This document shows, one piece after another, positions 58,501 to 64,000 of a stretch of 64,000 bases of DNA. This DNA comes from Ascoidea asiatica JCM 7603. Taxonomy: Eukaryota; Fungi; Ascomycota. A program made the position numbers and the translations under genes. The DNA is taken from positions 16,722 to 80,721 of the forward strand of contig BCKQ01000025.1 of NCBI GenBank assembly GCA_001600695.1, written 5' to 3'. Every line of letters starts with the position of its first letter. Within the stretch, counting starts at the first letter, position 1. Below the pieces are notes generated by a model. The model did no database searches. It had not been told where the DNA came from and saw only the letters and a program-made list of their open reading frames with translations.

Positions 58501-59238
58501 GATGATAATATTGATTTTAATAATGTTAATTGGATTAATATTATTCCAGAAATGAATTGTGGTCCAAGTCAAAAACATTTTTTTTCAAGATTAAATTTAT
58601 CAAATGAATCTTTTAATTATATAAGATTAAGAATGTATCCAGATGGTGGAATTGCAAGATTTAAATTATATGGTAAAGTTATACCAAAAAATATATCTTC
58701 ATCTTCTTCATCAATAACAAATAAAGATACAATTATTAATTTATCTTCAATTTTAAATGGTTCTATAATTACTAAATTTTCAAATCAACATTTTGGTAAT
58801 GTTAATAATTTATTATTACCTGGTAGAGGTATTGATATGAGTGATGGTTGGGAAACAAAAAGATCAAGAATTAAAAATCATAAAGATTTTGTAATTATAA
58901 AATTATCTAAAATTTCAAATTTTATTAATCAAATTATTATTGATACTGCTCATTATAGAGGTAATTATCCACAATCTATTGAAATTTATGGTATCTTACA
59001 TTCCAATAATAAATCAGATAATAATAATAATAATAATGACTCAGGTCCAGATATTGATGATAAAAATTGGAAAATTTTAGTTAAAAATTTTAAAACTGGT
59101 CCTGATAAAGAACATTACTTTAATAATATTAATAATCTTTTAATTAATAATAAAAATACTTTAATTTCTCATATTTTATTATATATGATTCCTGATGGTG
59201 GTATTAAAAGAGTTAAAGTATTTGGTACTACTCCATAA
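58096..59238 (+). CDS. DAL2: Allantoicase
   Basis: SDEFFA, WYDGWETRRHN, IDTSFFNGNHAP, MYPDGGIARF, DMSDGWETKRSR and IPDGGIKRV. Confidence 0.97.
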
Positions 59239-59621
59239 CTTCTCTTTTCACTACATATTTCCTACTTTCCTATTTTCCTATTTTCCTACTTTCTTATATA
59301 AATATATTCAATATATATAAATATAAATATAAATACAATTAGGTAACTTCATTGTCCGTGTCCTGAAATACACCTTGTTCTATCTTCCCCATCCATGCCA
59401 ACTGTATCTAATAGATTTTAACCTTACCGCTATTAAAATATCTATCAAATATCTAATACAATATCTAATATAATATCTAATATAATAACAACAAATTATA
59501 TATATCCTTAATTCTTTAATCAATTAATCAATTAATCAATCAATAACATTGACATTGACATTGACATTGACATTAATCAACTGATTAGATCATTTTGAAT
59601 TAGATTATATTCTTTTTTAAA

Positions 59622-59894
59622 ATGTCATTTGATGAAAAAAAAAGTTTAAATTTATCAAATCATTTACATTGGAGAGCAAAATCAAATAAATTACCTTTAT
59701 ATAAAGATAAACCATTTTTAAATAATAATTCAGATATTAATATTAATAATAATTCAAAAAATATAATTTTAAATTTAAATAAAAAATATTATAAAAGAAA
59801 AATGATTTTTAAATTTTTAATTTTTTCAATTTCTTTTTATTTCATTTTAAATTTTTTTAATTTAAATAATTTTAATTTATTCTCTTTTTCTTCA

Positions 59895-59932
<38 letters not shown>

Positions 59933-62018
59933 TAACAATAACAATAATAACTTAGATAATATAAATTGGAAAGAAAGACAAGATTTAGTTAAATCTGTTT
60001 TTAAACAATCTTGGAATGGTTATGAAAAATATGCTTGGGGTAAAGATATTTATCATCCATTATCAAAATCTGGTGAAAATATGGGTGAAAAACCATTAGG
60101 TTGGATAATTGTTGATTCTTTAGATACTTTAATAATAATGGATTTAAAAAATGAATTAAAAACTGCAAAATCTTGGATAAAAAATGAATTAGATTATAAT
60201 TTTGATTATTATGTAAATACTTTTGAAACTACAATTAGAATGCTTGGTGGATTTTTATCTGCTTTTTATTTATCAAATGATGATTTATATCTTGATAAAG
60301 CTGTAGATTTAGCTGATAGATTAATTGGTTCTTTTAATTCTCCAAGTGGTATACCATATGCAAGTATAAATTTAAAAACTAAAAATGGTAAAAGATCTCA
60401 TACTGATAATGGTGCTTCTTCAACTGCAGAAGTTTCAACTTTACAATTAGAATTTAAATATTTATCAAAATTAACTGGTGAAAATTTATATTGGGATTAT
60501 GTTGAAAATGTTATTCATATTTTAGATAATAATAATCCAATTGATGGTTTAGTACCAATTTTTATACAACCAAAAACTGGTAATTATCAAGGTAATTTAA
60601 TTAGATTAGGTTCAAGAGGTGATTCATATTATGAATATTTATTAAAACAATATATTCAAACAAATTTATCTGAATCAATTTATTTAAATATGTATCAAGA
60701 ATCTATTCATGGTATTAAAAAAAATTTAATTGGTCATTCAATTCCAAATCATTTAACTTTTATTGGTGAATTAAATAATGGTTTAAATTCTCAACTTTCA
60801 AATAAAATGGATCATTTAGTTTGTTTCATGGGTGGTTTATTAGCTTTAGGTTCAACTTTTGGTAAAAATTTAAATGATTTTAAAAAAAATTATATTTGGA
60901 CTTCAAGTAAAGAATCTGATTTAAATCTTGCAAAAGATTTAACTTATACTTGTTATCAAATGTATCATCAAATTAAAGAAACTGGTTTATCTCCTGAAAT
61001 TGTTATATTTAATACTGAAGAAAATTCTAAAAATGATTTTTATGTAAAACCATTAGATAAACATAATTTACAAAGACCAGAAACTGTTGAAAGTTTATTT
61101 ATTTTATATAGAATTACAAAAGATCCAATTTATAGAAATTATGGTTGGGAAATTTTTCAAAATTTTTTAAATTATACAAAAATTGATGGTGATGCTGGTT
61201 TTACTTCAATTGATGATGTTATGAAAAATCCACCAAAATTAAGAGATAATATGGAATCTTTTTGGTTAGCAGAAACTTTAAAATATATTTATCTTTTATT
61301 TGATGATAATGAAGATTTATTACCTTTAGATAAAGTTGTTTTTAATACTGAAGCTCATCCATTTCCAATTTTTGATATGGGTGATAAATTTAAAACTGGT
61401 TGGGAAAGAGGTACTCCAATAACAAATAATATTGATAATAATAAAATAATTAAAGAAGAAAAAACAATTATAAAAAAAATTGTAAAACAAGAAGAAAATA
61501 ATGAAGAATTTCCTGATCCATCAGATTCTGAAAAAGAATTTTTAAAAAATAAAAATTTAAAAAATAAAAAAATTATTGATAAAATTGAAAATTTAGATAA
61601 TACTGAAAATATTGCAAATGTTAAAAATGATGCAAAAATTAATGGTTATAATGAATTTAAAGAATCAAAAGAATTAGAAGATTTAGAAAAAATTGAAAAA
61701 ATTGAAAAAAATGGAAAAAATGGAAAAATTATTGAATTAAAAGATACTCGAAAGGGTAATGTAATTGATCTGACAAACCAACAAGAACCAATTGTTAAAG
61801 CTGCGGAACCTGCAAAACCTGCAATTGAAGAACTTAATGAAAAATTAGAAAATGAAAAAAAACATGAAAAGGAAAAAGAAGAAGAAAAACCAATTGATGA
61901 AAAAGAAAAAATTCGAAGGAAAATAAAAGAAGATTTAGAAAGTGGCTTGAATTATAATGAAGTTATTGATAAACTTATTGAACAAGAAGAATCAAAAGAA
62001 GCTGCAGTTGGTAAATAG
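59622..62018 (+). CDS. MNS1: ER alpha-1,2-mannosidase (GH47)
   Basis: Type II TM anchor, IVDSLDTL, FETTIRMLGG, GSRGDSYYEY, LQRPETVES, MESFWLAETLKY and FNTEAHP. Confidence 0.96.
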
Positions 62019-62387
62019 TAATATAAGAAAAATATTTAATATCAACCTTTAAAAATACTCTAAGGATTTTATTATCCTTCTTTATTTAAATTTTTTTTTT
62101 TTCTTTTTTTTTTGGTTTATAAAGATCATACAGTATATAACAAGTTTCAGTTATCAAGTTATGATACTTAACAATTTAATATAGAGATAAATAACGAAAA
62201 TAGTGAAACAAAAAAAAATATCATTTTTTTTTTTATACGTAATAATTTTTATTAATTAAATCAAAGAATATGGAATCTAAAACTAACAAAATACAAACAT
62301 TCATTACTATCAACAGATCTAGTTAAGATTAATTAAATTAAAGAAACTAGTAAATTAAGTTAAGTTAAAATTTTAGTTAATTTAAAT

Positions 62388-63788
<1,401 letters not shown>

Positions 63789-64000
63789 TTAAAATAAATA
63801 AATAAATAAAAAAATAGAATAAAATATAAATTAGTTAGTTTCAGTTATTAATTAAAGTTATTTTTCTTTATTACAATTTTTTTTCAAATATTTTATTGTA
63901 TTGATTTGAAATTTTCATTGTATCTAATTATGTAACAGAATGTGAAAATAAGTACTAGATACATATATATTGAAAATTCACTTAAAGTTAGATTCAATTA

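Overview
Very AT-rich budding-yeast (Saccharomycotina) chromosomal DNA from a species that retains respiratory complex I, so it is not Saccharomycetaceae. Many proteins carry poly-Asn expansions. Gene order: ECM7, SMA2, complex I NUJM/NDUFA11, CSM3(-), a REEP/HVA22-domain protein with a very long disordered tail, a spliced Fin1-like putative mitotic PP1-docking protein, a Rex3 N-terminal-only protein(-), spliced IMPDH hosting intronic snoRNA snR54, NUP120, complex I NUAM(-), an aquaglyceroporin(-), BBC1(-), COG8(-), MCM21, a ~9 kb gene-poor stretch with a decayed ORF and one orphan ORF, a TDA9/RSF2 zinc-finger factor, a frameshifted 68-aa microprotein gene(-), STR2, spliced ATP18(-), DAL2, MNS1 and the last exon of ATP2(-). 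Items the ORF track misses: snR54, ATP18, the microprotein gene, the spliced structure of several genes, a likely ECM7 5'UTR intron, and an Mcm1-Forkhead composite site with SWI5-like spacing. I found no mobile elements, tRNAs or CRISPR arrays and no clearly new multi-gene system. The best leads are the uncharacterised G2/M PP1-adaptor gene, the nuclease-less Rex3 fragment, the giant REEP-like protein and the frameshifted microprotein. Family assignments are from remembered sequence motifs, not database searches.
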